Below are positions 24,055 to 38,341 of a stretch of DNA of 64,000 nt, in pieces. The stretch lies in contig NC_087257.1 of NCBI RefSeq assembly GCF_037042905.1, positions 7,688,001-7,752,000 on the forward strand. Direction: 5' to 3'. This stretch comes from Lytechinus pictus (Eukaryota). The notes below the pieces were generated by a model. That model worked only from the letters and a program-made list of their open reading frames with translations. It did not search any database and was not told the origin of the DNA. How positions within the stretch are numbered: position 1 is the first letter of the stretch; each line of letters starts with the position of its first letter. Position numbers and translations under genes: made by a program.

Positions 24055-26279
24055 ATGTAATTATCATTCTCGAATTTCCCTCGTGTTTTATACACAGTGA
24101 ATACGGCAGCGATTCGATTCCCAATTCTTTACAGCAGCATGCAAACATAACTGCAAACATTTGATTTTAATCGATAATTTTGATTAGTCTTTAATTGTCA
24201 TTTCAAAGCACCTCATTTTGTTGAACAATGCACTGTGTCCATTGGCGCGTGTATGTGTGTGGGAGGGGGGGGGGGTGCATCACCCAAATTGATGGGGTAT
24301 AATGTGTACAAGGTTTCATGGTGGAAAGAATAAAACAAATAGTAATGATATTATCTTACCGTGTCATAACGGAATCCATATTCATAGGGTTACTTAGGAT
24401 TTTTCAGATTGAACAAATGAATGAATGTACATGTAAGTTAAGAGACTGGGATTTTACGTCGTACCCTAAGAAAAAAAAGTGGAAACGTCGTTGAATGTGT
24501 GCGTGGGCCTCCATGAAAGTGTTTGAATTGAGAGGGTTGGAGCGGAAAGGGGGTGCTCAAGTATCGGGTGGGCGGGATGATGATGGAGGGAGTTTCATGG
24601 TCAGATCTTTGCCATTGTTTGCTGATCATCTATACCGCAGTCAGACACTGAACAGATGAAACGATAAGAAACCGAATGGCAATGGAAATGGGCTCTCGAA
24701 TATACATGTAGGTATAACCAACATACCAACATAAGACCCTGATTCTTAAATTCTAAGCCAGTCATGCGAGTAGATTGGGCAAAGCACCCACTTAGTCACA
24801 GCCAGGACTAGGTATGCAGAGCTTACTAAATAACGATTCTGGTCTTAAATGATATTTATCGATGTCTGGTAGATGTGGCCGTGGAGAGGATTCTGTCTGA
24901 AGGGCAAAATGAAATAAACCCTACTGGAAGAAAAATGAAGTTCATCATGTTTATTGTGATCAAAATAAAGATTCCTTTGTGAAAGCTGGTCAAATACGGG
25001 TAATTACCAGTGTCAGCGTGTTTTATTCCTCTTTGTTAATTTGTTTGAATTCTAAATTAATTACCCCCCAAAAAAAAATCAAGCTCAAACAATGCTGAGG
25101 AAAACATTGATATACGGCGTCCAAAGTGATCTCGATGGCAAAGCGCTTTAACACATTTAAAATTCCTTCGCTTCAGTCCCATCTTCTTCTCTTCTCAGCT
25201 TCCATTACATTTCATTTTCCTATTCCTTCATTATTGTTTTGACGTTGTGATTAAATGCTCTTGGAGCATTTTTCCGCTCTATTAATTATCTTTATTGAAT
25301 CATCATCAGCACGGGGTGCCTCCCAAGGAGCCGTCTATCTCTTCTTTTCAACTACCCTGTGGGTATAAACGGTATTATATAAACTAGACAAGTCTCTATA
25401 GACAGATAGATCATGTCAAAATGAAGCTCGGGGAGGGAATGTAACAGCTTTTCGAAATAGGAAATCAAGTTATGAATTTTCAGTTGAGCTCTTGTAAAGA
25501 TGATTTGCAGTACCGGTGATGTGTTTTGTGATGTGTGGGCACAACCAAAATGATTGTGTTGAGAAATAATATTTAAGATATAAATAGTTGAAAAAAGGAT
25601 TTTGTTACCTTTAGCATGTTTAGCGTTAAGTCAAACAAGTACCTAGATGATGCATCAAAATTCATTTTATCTGACCAATCTATTATGATACATATAACTG
25701 TATCAATGAAGTGAAGGGTTATGTATCAGGCCTGCAATTGCCATTTCTTACTTGTTGCTGTCGTTTTCATCGTCGTCGCCATCATCGAAATCATCTTCAT
25801 TCCAATCATCATAATCTATCATTCTTCACCTTAATGAGCCGGGTCCAGGATTGAAAAAAAAAAGAGAAAAGGACCCCTTTTGCCAAATAAAAAAGATATC
25901 GGCGAGACAAGCCGGAGGAGCGGGGGGGGGGGGGGGGAGGGGGGGGGAGAGGTTTCCCCACCACCTGAATTCGTGCCTGTGATGGTGTGGAATGGGGCCT
26001 TTAGTTCTTGTATCGATACCCATAAGAATCTTAGAAGAGTAGTTTCTCGGATTATAATGTAAAGTCTTCTAATAACATTGAATTTTACGAGGTTGTAAAA
26101 ATTACAAGTTTTACCTCACCCATGCGCTCACACTTATCATGTATATATATATATATTCATATTTTCCTTTTGACTTGAAATGACCAATATCACAAAGGTA
26201 ATTGCAAACAAAAAATATATCAGTATGATAAAATAGATTTCTTTGGTGTATAATTCAGTTTTTTAACTATCTAATGAAG

Positions 26280-26930
26280 ATATGAAGTGACGTCTTGTGC
26301 TGTTTTATAGACGTCTTCAATTGCGTTTTTTAACATCCACTTCGCAGACGCTTTTTGGAACGTTGATAATCTATTAAAATTGCCACACAGTCGATTCACA
26401 ATGGACAGATCAGAGGTCATTGTCGAAAGTTGGTTGACCGGTCCAGCAAATCGTCTTGAAATTCGGACCTGTCGAAAAATTGCAAATATGTCCTTGTCCA
26501 GGGTCCAAAACGACACTGCTGTTTTGATTCACCAATTTTCGACAAATACTACCATATTATGAAGGGCTTTTGATAAAATGATTATCAGCGTTATGGAAAG
26601 CGTCTGTGAAGTGACTGCTAAAATGCCCTATTAATAACTCTACACAAACAAACAAACTGCGTACTTTATTTGTTTTATTTAGGCCAACCATGCAATTTAA
26701 TTTTAGACTAAAATGAGAGGAAAATATATTAATAGCTTAACATGCACGTTCATATTCATAAATTCATAAATCTCTTTTTTTCTTTAATCGAAATTCATGC
26801 GCGACTCGGCCTGGTTTTCAGACTCGGATCATCTGTCTCTCCCGTCGACGTCCCAACAGTTGTTGCCCCGGGGAGCACTCACTCTCCGTCTATCATCTTC
26901 ATCATTTTGGAAATCTCAATAATGGATTGG
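26280..26930 (+). pseudogene. pogo-like transposase fossil with hairpin copy C
   Basis: Hairpin 26420-26545; RKIANMSLSRVQ (~RKPExLSxxRA); LPSTSQQLLPREHSL at ~26838 (~LPxHTSHxLQPLDxSVF). Confidence 0.65.
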
Positions 26931-26999
26931 TGAGAAGTAGTTCTCTTCATTACCAACAATGCCCATTGAAACAAATTCTAAAATAGAGTACTAGATTTG

Positions 27000-27095
27000 G
27001 AATATCACATTCATAGATTCACCCAGAGGATGCGCGTACTTTACGTTAGCGGACAGTAGCCTTTGGGAGCCACGGGACTTCCCCAATCTTTGAAT
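27000..27095 (-). pseudogene. pogo-like fossil fragment
   Basis: SRGSQRL...GESMNVI (~RGxKxV...GExVTVI). Confidence 0.4.
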
Positions 27096-27150
27096 TGAGA
27101 CGTAAAGTGGTGAAATAATAGGTAAGGAAGGCGCAGACGCCGCATACATA

Positions 27151-27252
27151 CACTCTAAAAAGTATTGGGTAAAAAAATACTGACCCAAATTGGTTGGACA
27201 CATAATACCCTCGTGGTGGTAACAATTTTACCCAATATATTTTTTTTCAGTG
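27151..27252. mobile_element. Small CAC-terminated MITE
   Basis: ta|cactctaaaaagtattgggtaaaa...ttttacccaata...ttcagtg|ta. Confidence 0.75.
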
Positions 27253-27777
27253 TATATAAATTGTTAATGAAAAAAAAGTCCGACGGAGTATGGTGTGGCA
27301 AAGGGAAAAGGGAGACTCTGTGATCTTGTCTCTGTTATAGGAATCATTAATACACCAATGATGCACTTTAAGTAAAAGTTAAAAACTTTCGGTGTGTTTA
27401 GCAATACAGAAGTGGCATGCAGCATTTCATTTTTTTTTACAGATGTAATTATGCACCTTTATGGGCAGAAATGTGGAAATATGAATATCTTAACCTTTAA
27501 AATGCACTCCCTGTTACTCACATCTACTTCAATTCTTTCAATACTTTTGGGGAATTATGCAATATTTATAATGATGCCTTTGAAAAACTGCATTTATAGC
27601 CTCAGTAAATGGTCAATACTGTAAATTATACTCAACTATGATCCAATAGTCCAATCTTTTAAACTTGTATCAGCGGTTTTTTTCAACTGCCAATTCTCCT
27701 TTGAAAACAAAAATATTCAAATTAAACATATATAGCCTTATCTCACTTGTTAAACAAAATTATGGATTGGATATCAT

Positions 27778-28549
27778 GAAGCTACAGTCATTTATCGCGA
27801 AACGGGTTAGGTCCACTTTGGATCATTCTGAAAAAAATTATGTATTTTATTTTCACTTATTGCAATATTCTTATGAGAAAATGAATTGTCATGATGTGCT
27901 ACCATATCATGTGAACATGACATTGGATATAAACGAAATCTACCTGTTTTCAATTTTTTTCTATATATTTTTGCGAAAATTTTCATTGTGGACCTAACCC
28001 ATTTTGCAAGCAAACTGAAATAAATCAAATCTCATTTGAATAAAAAAGTGATTTTTCTTCGCCACTTTTATTTACGTTTTAATGTGAACTTCAATTTTCT
28101 TTGGTATCATCAGAGCGACTAAAAATCTATAGGCTTCGAGACAAGAAACAATAACATTTATGAAAAATGGACCTAACCCCTTTGACAAATGAGCTGTTCA
28201 GAAGACTTTGGTTGCAAAAGGGGTTAGGTCCACTCCAAGAAAATCATTTTTTATTCTCCCATATTGCAATATTCTTATCCGAAACTAAATTTTCAAATTG
28301 GTCTTTAAAAGAAATCTACCTGTCTTCATATTTTTTGAAATATTATTTTTCAATAAATTTTTTGTGGACCTAACCCCTTTTTGAAAAAAAGGTGATTTTT
28401 CTTTGCAATTTATGTTCACTTTTTAATGAGAATTTCAACTTTTCTTTAGGGTCATTTTATAGAGCTACTAACAATCTATACATTGAGACAAAAAAGAAAA
28501 TCAAATTTGATGAAAATGGACCTAGCCCCCTCTGCAACTGAGCTCTTCA
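27778..28549 (-). mobile_element. Non-autonomous DNA transposon with repeated aaaggggttaggtcca motifs (family of 40736-42099)
   Basis: Colinear with the reverse complement of 41320-42100; end tgcaactgagctcttc. Confidence 0.85.
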
Positions 28550-30664
28550 TATTAGATCCTGATTTTTTTTTAGCCCAGTCCTTGTTTTGGAATAGGTTTT
28601 ATATCAAATAGAAGACTACGCATATATTTGATCGGGCACTCAAACAAATGATTTTTTTTATGTAAGACTGCAAAATTTTTCATGTCATGTATCATGTATA
28701 TCCTTCAGATTATAAATGTTTATGACATACAAATTTGTAAAATCTAGCAATAAACTGAAATAGTGATAGCCACATATTAAGGGATTTACCAAAGATGTGG
28801 ATTATAATCATACGGTAATTTAGTCACTTGATAAATCCAATAGTGTCAATTTGAGATCGCTCACCTACGACTTTGACTATGAATTTGTACGACGCTATTA
28901 GTTTGCAATGCAGAAATAAATTATAAAATTAGGCAATTTCTCATACTTCAGCGTATCGATCAAATTAATAAATGGAGCAATCAATCTAAATCAGAACACA
29001 GGTGGGGTAAGCTTTATCTGTCATTTGGCAAATTGCATGCTTGTTGGCAACCGAAGCGATATATTGGTTACATCGCCTAAAGAATTTTACTCCCCCTCTC
29101 CCCTTTTCTTCACCTCTCTCTCCCTCGCTCTCTCCGCCCTCCCCCTCTTTATTTGTTTTCTCACATTCTATTCCGTTCTCTCGTGTTCTCTCTCTTTCTG
29201 TCTGTCCCTCTATTTTCCCCGGATACTAATCAATATTGACGTGTCATGTCAAGCTAAGAGCTTTTAATTTTCAATAGTCTTCCATACTTAATATCTCAAA
29301 TTAATGATATTTTGGCTATGTTCGAGTCAATACAGTCATGAGCGAGGTCATCAATTTCAAAATCTGAATGAGCCAATTAAACCTTTTTATTCATTCAGTA
29401 TTATATGGTTAGGTTTAGAAATATCCTCTCTTTTTTACTAGACGTTTATTATAATGAATTCGATTCGATACTCAGTCGCCTAATGGAGTCGGAGAATGGC
29501 GTTACGGTCGGACCTGACAAAACTGCCCTAAGCAGTACTTTTTTGGGTCGAGAATTGCATTTTCTATAAAAATATCCACGCTTAAAGGCATAGGCTAATA
29601 TTACTATGATCTTATTTGGAAAAAAAAATACTGAATTTTGATTCACGTTGCATTAATTTTTGTTCATTTGGATAAAAAAAATACCAAGGAAGAGAGAACA
29701 AACAAAAAAATACCCAGGAAGAGAAAAGAAACAAAAAACAAAATGAATTCGTGCAGAAAATGAAAATATTGGTTACTGAAAAATCATCTTACTTAATGTC
29801 CTTGGGAGATTGATATAACACATGCTTGTGTATGGGACCAAATTAAGAAGGTATTTCCGGTCAGTATATATTCCACTTGTATGAAGCAATGATAATGTTC
29901 TTTTCGGGCGCAATTTTTTTTCTGGCATTCATTTTTCACAACATATCACAAACACAGGACAAGTGGCATCTTGCAGTTCAGATTAAAGAAAAAAAAAAAA
30001 TCATATGACTACTAAATTTTCGTCAAAGAAGAATTCGTAACCATGGTAATAGAGTGTCCTAAGTAACATATGAAGAGAGTGAAATTATGTCCATGGTTCA
30101 CAAATAAATGAAGATGCATATTTCATTCTAATATAATAGGGTTAAATTATTATCAAAATATCGCAAAAAATAAATTGATAGTAATAATTTCCAGCTACGG
30201 CTTGTTTGTCTATTCACTCAGTGTATTAGAACACTGTTCAATGACAAAATATGCTGCCTCGGCTATGCCAGTAAGTCTCAATGCATTCTTCTACAAAGTC
30301 CTCCTAACGTGCTTAATTCACCAAGAACACACCGCCTCCCATTATCTGCCATAGAAAATGCCATTTGCTTATCATTTTTCTGCGCATCATAATATGCTTT
30401 TACGAGCCTTTTTCTCATTTAGGTGATACGCGAATTTACTTTCTCCTATGATCAATTTTCTACATTAGTGTTGGCACTACAGCATTCACCAGAGTACGGA
30501 AAGATTACAAACAACAGAGAGTGGAAAAGTGATTTTGCTTTATACCCCCCCCCCCAAAAAAAAAAAAAATGGATATTCATGTTGATGGTTTATACAAGAT
30601 GAAAATAATTAAAAAAGTACGTAAATCATTATGCATGTTAGGGAATAAGATGTAATACAATATT

Positions 30665-30842
30665 GCAACCTGGGGCGACATCATGATTTTTTTTTTTGGG
30701 GGGGAGGGCAGGGTGGGCTTCCCCCCCCCCCCCACACACACACTTTTTCCAAAACCGTGTACAAAAACGTAAAAAATTAAGAGCTGATTGTGATTTAATG
30801 CATGGTCAGTCCCTTACTTTCTAAACTCTTTCGTGGCCTTTG
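30665..30842 (-). mobile_element. Degraded copy of the 57698-57876 MITE
   Basis: tttttccaaaaccgtgtacaaaaa...ttgtgattt..gcatggtcag is the reverse complement of 57758-57825. Confidence 0.7.
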
Positions 30843-31349
30843 GGAGGAGGCCGGGGGATTACGGGGAGGTCTAATGATGGCATATTTCATATTTTTCTCA
30901 ATTGCATAATAGTGATGTTATCCAGTTGCACGGCCAAGGCCTCTCTTTTTATGTACTTCTTTCTTCTTTATTTTCTTTACTCCCTCAATAATAATGTAGC
31001 AAAAAAAAATTAATGTAGCTAAAATTCGTTGAATCGAACTAAACATTAAACAAGTTTGCCTCGACTGGGACAGAATATGGCACAATGGAAGAAGGGGGTG
31101 GGTGGGGTTTATTTAATGACAGTTCAATATGGCAAACAACCAAAGATGCCCTGGCGTCATCATGCTAAATGTCCAATACTTGCCGCGGGAGATGTTTTTT
31201 TGTTCAGAGCTTATACTTACATGGCTCGGAGTTTAAGGGAGAAAATTCTCAATTCTGTAGGAAGTAGGGATCGATCTCATACTACTACTAATAATAATGT
31301 CTTTCATTTTATGAGGATGTAGCTGAGTATATAGCCCTTCTACCGTATA

Positions 31350-31700
31350 GACTGACCACCATTAGCATGATGAGATTCGCCATCCCTGCAACCATCTCGA
31401 CGTCATTCCTTCTGGCGTTCTTAATTTTGTCTTTTAAGTACCCGTTAGACCGTTCGATATTTTGGACACATTTGGCGTTGCCGAGAATATGCGTACAATC
31501 TCGTTAACTTGAACCAAACAACATTGACTAGAACACTTACGAACAAGGGAAAATCTGGAGCTGTTTATACTATGTTTACTCTTTATAAGGATCGGTAGAT
31601 TGCCGGAGGGAGGGAAAAGTCGAGAGCGGTCATTACTGCCCAACTTGGACACTCGATAGACGACGTCTGTTTTTCCATTATGGTAATTAATCAATGGCAT
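31350..31700 (+). pseudogene. pogo-like transposase fossil (third D and C-terminal region)
   Basis: VIPSGV followed by PLDRSIF at 31442-31462 (~IPxGxT..QPLDRSVF). Confidence 0.65.
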
Positions 31701-31859
31701 CGGTGTCTTGTATATGGATAAAAGCCCGCGAGAAACACCCGACCAAGCGGGATCGTTAAAATCTTCAATATGTGCATCCCAAAAATGTATATAATTTCGA
31801 GCTGTATTTGTCTAAAAAATACATATATATATTTGGACTTCAATAGGATTATTGGCTTG

Positions 31860-32213
31860 TTCCTCTCTCTTTCTTCTCGTACATTTACTCGCTATGTTTC
31901 CACTCCTTGGAATAGTCTCCCTTTACATATCCGTCAGTCCACCTCTCTTGAATCCTTCCAATCTCTCCTGAAAACACATCTCGTCCTGTCCTAATTCATT
32001 AAATATCATTAAGGCTTCATTTTAATCATTTGTGATCGTGATCGATTTCTATTATTGCCTTTACTTGACTAAATTCTTGATATGATATGAAGTGTATATG
32101 TTCTCTAATTTGTATTATGATTTTATGTTATTCCTTTGAAAAAAACCGCTTAGAAACACTCGTTAAAAGCGGTATATAAATGCAACGTATTATTATTATC
32201 ATCATTATTATTA
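31860..32213 (+). mobile_element. L2/CR1-group LINE 3' end
   Basis: SRTFTRYVSTPWNSLPLHIRQSTSLESFQSLLKTHL* is the typical ORF2 C-terminus; 3'UTR with stem-loop accgctt..aagcggt, then (tat)n tail. Confidence 0.88.
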
Positions 32214-32313
32214 AATATTAAAATAAAAACACATAAGTCTGTTGTTCCCCGCATTCAGTGACCATGAGAGTAATCATTTATATGAAAGCGACAGTCGTAT
32301 TTCATAACTTTAA

Positions 32314-32823
32314 GGGGGAATCCAACCGGAATAAAAACGTGCTTTTGGAGGAAAAAGAAAAATCATACAAGCTGAGAAAGTTATGAATTTTTTAAAGTTT
32401 TAAATATTGGTAATCACTATACTCATGGAAACCTCAAATTGGCCGACAAAGTGATGTCATAGTGATGTAAGGCAGGGAATACCCTTCCATGTTCCCCAAT
32501 ACATAAAATGGCTAAAATATCTTTTTTATTTTCAAAAGTTAGTTGTGATTATATTTTTGTTTCATGAGGACAAATATCAATATACTATACCTAGTTTATA
32601 TTTAGATAACTGCCCCAGGGGAATGGGTACTAAGAAGAAAACCACATACTCCTGATAATTCAGTCCATGGCCTAGGTGAAAGTTGTCCTTGCCCCTTGTC
32701 ATGATTTACTTACCCAGTTGCCAATTTGAAATCTACATAGTCTTACAGATCTCAATTTTGAATCTGTTTTATTCATTTTCTCCTCCCCAATACAACATTT
32801 TAGGACCAATGCTAGATTCCCTC
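32314..32823. mobile_element. Kolobok-like MITE
   Basis: ttaa|gggggaatccaac...gctagattccctc|taa. Confidence 0.65.
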
Positions 32824-33399
32824 TAATGAGAAATTGATTCGTTGCTTAAATTTCGAAGTTCAACTTTGAGTCGGTTTCTAGGAACAATCATAACTTCACA
32901 TATTGATCTAAAAAAAATGAAATGCCAAAATAATATTTCACTACACAAAATTTAATAATATCCAATTTGAGAGTTTGCCACAATGAAGAATGCAAGTGTT
33001 GTCAAGCTCAGTTAACTTCACTTCTAGTAAAGATCTGTATATATTTATTTATTTAGTTTAGATTTAAGGCAAGCAAATCAAGGTGAAAAAAATTTCGTGC
33101 TTTTATATTGTCTATATAAAAATTATAGTTTTGAGTAAAAGTGTACCAAGTAATCGGTATGAATAGATAAGGGAAATGTATTACGTTAGTTTGAAAAAAA
33201 AAGATTGATAAACACGCGTTTAATAGCTAAATTCACACAACGTTGTGGTAAACTACACATCATTTGGTGGCACGAAACTGTACACTACAATTAAGCATCC
33301 TTTTTTCTTATCCAATATAAAATATCGATTTCTAAAAGTGCATTGGACTTCACTTATGCAGGCATTTACAGATACAGATATATGGTGTGATACCGCAAT

Positions 33400-33660
33400 T
33401 GAAGAACATGGTGGATCGAAATATTATGAAAATACTTCAATGACCTCAAAGCTACGTCCGTGTGAGATGACGGAATGACACACAAAGGCATCACCCTCCT
33501 TTTGTCACTGGTAATCCAGCACATTAATCTTGCACCCCAATGTTTTCATGACGTGATGGCCCCCTCTTCTGATGTATGCATGGTTGACTGAGGCTCTATC
33601 CTGCCTTGACAAATTTCCACCCTGGAAAGTGCATCAACGAATCAAAGATTTAGGATGCGT
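33400..33660 (+). pseudogene. pogo-like transposase fossil
   Basis: GGSKYYENTS, KGITLL, GNPA..TPMF and AWLTEAL in the expected order (~KGSK..TS, ITVL, NAxG..PPMF, GWMTxELF). Confidence 0.6.
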
Positions 33661-34305
33661 TAAAATCAGAGAAGTGGCGCCTTGACAGGTCACATGCTGA
33701 ACTTACGGCGCATTATTGTACACCGATGAGTTTGTTCCTGTCTTGGTCAGCCATGCTAGCATATAAGGTTTTTTGTTGTTGTAAATCTGCAAAACTCAAA
33801 ATAAAAAGTGTAATAGTTCGAGCATGTTCTGAATAAGCCATTATTATACCATATTCATGAATAGTTCAAGTTACAATGAGTATGACTGGTGATAAAAAAG
33901 AAAAAAGAAAAAAAAATACCCAAAACAACCCCTAAAAAAAAAAACATGTCAGTAACGAAGTCAATAACTTTCCTTCTGCACAAAAAAAAAATAAACGTAT
34001 ATTATGTTACGATTAAACTGAATCAGTGATCATAGGTTGAATTGAAAGGGTAAATTTCAATTAAGCGTTCGTTTTTTTTTCTTGATTTTGGATCTGAGTA
34101 TAACATTGTGACTAGAGTTTGGGGGCGCTGCAATAAAATTCTATATCAAAGGTAGGTCTCAAGACCAAACGCACATCGTCTAATCAAATGCAAATTCTTG
34201 GTTAATTTGCGCTGAACCGCATTTATGCTTCAATTACGATTGAATGTAAGTTGCTTCCAACGCCCCATTTGTCAGTGAATACATGACATGCATGAAGAAC
34301 GCTAA

Positions 34306-35440
34306 AGCCCATTTTACATCTCCAAGGATGCAACACGGATCATAACGGATCTCAGTCCGTGGTGATCCGGGGTGCCAAATTGATATTTTTCTACCATTGC
34401 CGGAGTGAATACACATTCGACTGGGTATATTCACACGGAAATGTACAGAAAATGCGATTTCTACAAGGATAGACAAGGCAGCAGTAGGGATCTACTTTAT
34501 AAGCTACTGGGAGTCAACACGGAATACACGGATGTTACTGGGTCCTTACACGGACGTCCACGGTGGCTTACGGTCTCTACTGTGCTAACTAAAGATATCT
34601 AATGTGGTATGGCCAAGATTGACATTTCTTTCCTTTTTGCAACGTCTGAAGCGTACCCATACGGTTACACTTCGTAATTCCGAAGGTTCTTTATTCCGAA
34701 GGTTCGTAATTCCGAAACACGTAAATTACCTATACCTCGATGTTCGTTAATCCGAAAACGTAAAAGGGTTCGTTAATCCGAACATTTGTGGTGTTATTCC
34801 GAAGGTTCGATAATCCGAAAACGAAATAAGGTTCGTTGTTCCGAAGGTTCGATAATCCGTATACGAAATAAGGTTCGTTGTTCCGAAGGTTCATTAATTC
34901 GAAAACGAAATAAGGTTCGTTGTTCCGAAGGTTCGTTAGTCCGAAAACGAAATAAGGTTCGTTAATCATTTCGTTCTCGGACTAACGAACCTTCGGAATT
35001 ACGAACCTCATTTCGTTTTCGGACTAACGAACCTTCGGAAATACGAACCTTCGGAATAACGAACCTTCGGAATTACGAATGTATGCGACCCATACATGAC
35101 CATGAACACGGACTATTATTCATGTACGCAAACAATGGCATAATTTCGGCCTCGGATATAGCCGGTATTAACAAGTACCTCCCGGAGCCTCCGGATGCAT
35201 CCAGTAGCTACACGGATGTACAATGTGGCTACAAGGATGAACACTGATGAATATCCATCCGTGTACTCCGGGATGAAATATTGAACATGTTCAATTTTTC
35301 TCCTGGATATGCCGGTACATCAAGGATGGCACCGGATAAGTGGCCGGTATGTACACGGTAATCGCGGACTGTACACGGTTCATCCCGGATTGACAATCCG
35401 TGAGGATCCGTGTTGCATCCGTGAAGGTATAAAAGGGGCT
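34306..35440. mobile_element. Harbinger/PIF-like non-autonomous element
   Basis: TIR agcccattttacat..ggatgcaacacggatc / gatccgtgttgcatcc..tataaaaggggct; flanks taa/gaa; many cacgg/ccgg subterminal motifs. Confidence 0.8.
34663..35087 (+). mobile_element. Foldback element built of ttccgaaggttcg units (Merlin/MULE-like), nested
   Basis: Perfect 8-bp TSD acccatac; ggttacacttcgtaattccgaagg...ccttcggaattacgaatgtatgcg. Confidence 0.9.
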
Positions 35441-35776
35441 GAAGCATTTGGTTCAAAGCCAGAGCCTGAACCTTTACTCATTTGTACTTTACAGTAGTCT
35501 TTGAAAGGAAATATGAGATGCGTCGCTTTATCCCGTAGCGCCCCCATTCATCCACTCTCTAAGGTCGATGTACGAATGAATCCTCAACCGTATATTATAT
35601 CATTCCTAAGAGAAAAATGTATCCCCGTCTGACCATGCTCCCCTATTTTTCGATTGTGCTTTGGAATACATCCAAGATAACCCGAGGCTGTAAATGATGA
35701 CATGGAGAGGGAATGGAGAGATGGAGAGATGCTGACCGGATGTTTTTGTTGCATTTAGTTAAGGTAGATACCTGTG

Positions 35777-35890
35777 GAGGGGCAGTGGCCGAGTGGTCTA
35801 AGTTGCTTGCTTGGAGATCGGAGGATCGGGGGTTCGATTCCCTTCGATTGCCTTGAGCAAGGCATTAATCCACATTGCTGCTTTATCGTA
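35777..35890 (+). mobile_element. tRNA-derived SINE head (degenerate)
   Basis: A box tggccgagtgg, B box ggttcgattcc, then ccttgagcaaggcatt..ccaca. Confidence 0.75.
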
Positions 35891-36153
35891 CATCAAATAA
35901 TGTTATGTGCATAATGCATATCAATGTGTGAACTTGTAAAAAAAATAGAAACTTCAAATTGATGTCTAAAAAATATTTCTAGCATGCTGAAACGCTGTTG
36001 GGAAAAAAATCACTGTGTTGTTGGTTAGAGCAATGTAAAAATTAATCTAAATGATTATCGTTAATGAATATAATCTGATAATCGATATTGATCATGATCA
36101 TATTTAAAATCCATTTAATCACTTCTTAGAAACAGAAAGTGCTGTATTTTTAC

Positions 36154-36535
36154 GGTTTATTTTCATTTGGTCCAATGCCAATTCGTCCAATTGCCAACTC
36201 GTCTACCATCACTTTGTCTATCATCAATTTCGTCCATTCACCATTTACTCTAATAACCAGCTGGTCCAATAGCCAATTAGGTTATATACCATTTAGTCTA
36301 TTTAATTGGGCAAAATGAATGAAAATAAAACGAATATCAGACCAAATGTTCTGATGGTCTGAGACGAAATGGTCTGAGACAAAATGATCATAGACGAACT
36401 GATAATTAGACGAAGTTATGATTGGACCAAATGGTTATTGGACGAAATGTTGATGGACGAAATGGCATTAGACCAAATGAAGGTAGACCATGTAGTGAGA
36501 GGACGAGTTGGCAGTGGACAAATTGGCAATTTACC
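36154..36535 (+). mobile_element. Foldback element built of tggtcta/tagacca units (GG..CC termini)
   Basis: TSD atttttac/attttac; colinear with 37463-37869. Confidence 0.85.
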
Positions 36536-37462
36536 ATTTTACTATAGCTAAAAGGAAATGTCATCGGAATTAAGATATGAAAATATTAATCATTTCTTAA
36601 TGTATGAGAATTTCCGGCTCTTCTGAAAAATGTTCAAAATAATAAAACTGACTTTTCGATCAAAGTGAATACACTCGTCAGTCTTTGATGCCAAGTTCAC
36701 ATATCTTTCCTATTTAGGCCTGTCATCAACAAACAAAGCTATCATGAATAACACTGTTTAAAAAAAACTCAAGCCATTTACGAAAATCCTTCATAAGGAA
36801 AGTTTAAAATATTGCCTCCCACAAATAATGAAACAAATAACAATGTTTCGAGCGATTGAACAAAAAAAATGACATCTCCAACACGAAGATAAAATTTTGG
36901 GATAGATTCGGGCCTAATATAAAAACTAGATATGTCATTCTTTCCTCTTTCATTTTCCTTTTTGTCTCTTGTTCGAAAAACATTTGGGAAACCATGGCCC
37001 CCAAGCAGCCCCTATCTGTGCGTCAGTGTTCAAAATCTTTGCTAGACGAGCCATGGAGGTAGTATCCCAATTTTGCATGTTTTGGGTTAAAGTTTTTTGA
37101 TGAAATGAAAGATGCCCAAGAACCTACCCTTCACTTGCCTCTGACCGATGTAACCGCATACAAGTCCAGGAGTTCAATCAATGAGCGGAGGAAGCAATAT
37201 GTTCCTGACAGATGTCAATACTTCACATCCAGACTTAATGCCACCTGGAAAAAAAAGAGAAGAAAAGTCATATCAAATATTTGATCATGTCTGCATCAAA
37301 TAATATTGACTTTATCATACTCGAAGTCTCGGCTCAACATGCATTAGTCAGGTTAGTAGTTGAAGATTTGTATTTCAGTGACCCCTATACTTCCGAGGAT
37401 TATCGTAAAATTCTGTCTTGAAAGGTTTAAGAAAGCAGCATGGAAAGAGGGGTTCATTGGAC

Positions 37463-37869
37463 GGTTTATTTCCAATTCGTCTAATGCCGATTCGTCCAAT
37501 TGCCAACTCGTCTACTATCATTTGGTCTACCATCAGTTTGTCCACTCACCATATGGTCTACTTTCATTTAGTCTATAATGCCATCCCGTCTATAAATAAC
37601 TAGTTGGTCCTATAGCCATTTAGTCCATGTACCATTTTGTCTAATTAAACTTAAGTGTTAGATTGTGCAAAATGAAGGAAAATAAAAGGGTATTAGGCCA
37701 AGTGGTTATTAGACGAAATGGTAATAGACGAACTGGTGATTAGACAAAGTGATGATTGGACCAAATGGTTGTTAGACGAAATATTGATGGACGGAATGGC
37801 ATTAGACTAAATGAAGGTAGACCATGTGGTGAGTGGACGAGTTGGTAGTGCACGAATTGGCAATTTACC
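37463..37869 (+). mobile_element. Second copy of the tggtcta/tagacca foldback element
   Basis: TSD cattggac/catgggac; ggtttatttccaatt...aattggcaatttacc. Confidence 0.85.
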
Positions 37870-38044
37870 CATGGGACAAGATAATAGATATTTATATGTA
37901 GGGGTAACGAATGTGAAGCTACGGAATGTTCACTTAAAAACAAATAAAGCAAGCAGACAAGGTTATTTCCAGGAACATTTAAACATGGCGTTGTAATCTA
38001 GTAGTCATGTCACGTGTTACATTACATGACGTAATTGCTATAAA

Positions 38045-38320
38045 CACTAGCGTACCTACGGGGGGGGGGGGGGGGCAGGGGGGCACTCTGCCCCCCCCCC
38101 TGACGAGCCACAACCCATACAAAATACATATCACTGCCCCCCTGACGAGCTTGAAAGACGTTTTATTATGCCCCCCCCCCCCGACGAGCTTGAAGACCTT
38201 TATTGCCCCCCCGCTGACGAGCTTGAAGACCTTTTTTTTTTTTTTTTTTTTTTTTTTGCTTGTCAATTTTTTTGGCGGCCGATTTTGCCCCCCCTGTGGA
38301 AAATCCTAGGTACGCCACTG
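38045..38320 (-). mobile_element. hAT-like MITE
   Basis: 8-bp TSD gctataaa; cactagcgtaccta / taggtacgccactg; four internal gccccc..gacgagc repeats. Confidence 0.9.
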
Positions 38321-38341
38321 GCTATAAATTGGTAACATGAG

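Noticed and set aside
27800-28540. Interstitial telomeric repeats (GGTTAG)
   Set aside because: Isolated motifs within a transposon, never tandem TTAGGG.
34663-35087. CRISPR-like array and repetitive NEPYFVFGL ORFs (also 41023, 49926)
   Set aside because: No unique spacers, repeats invert internally, TSD-flanked and multi-copy: a foldback transposon.
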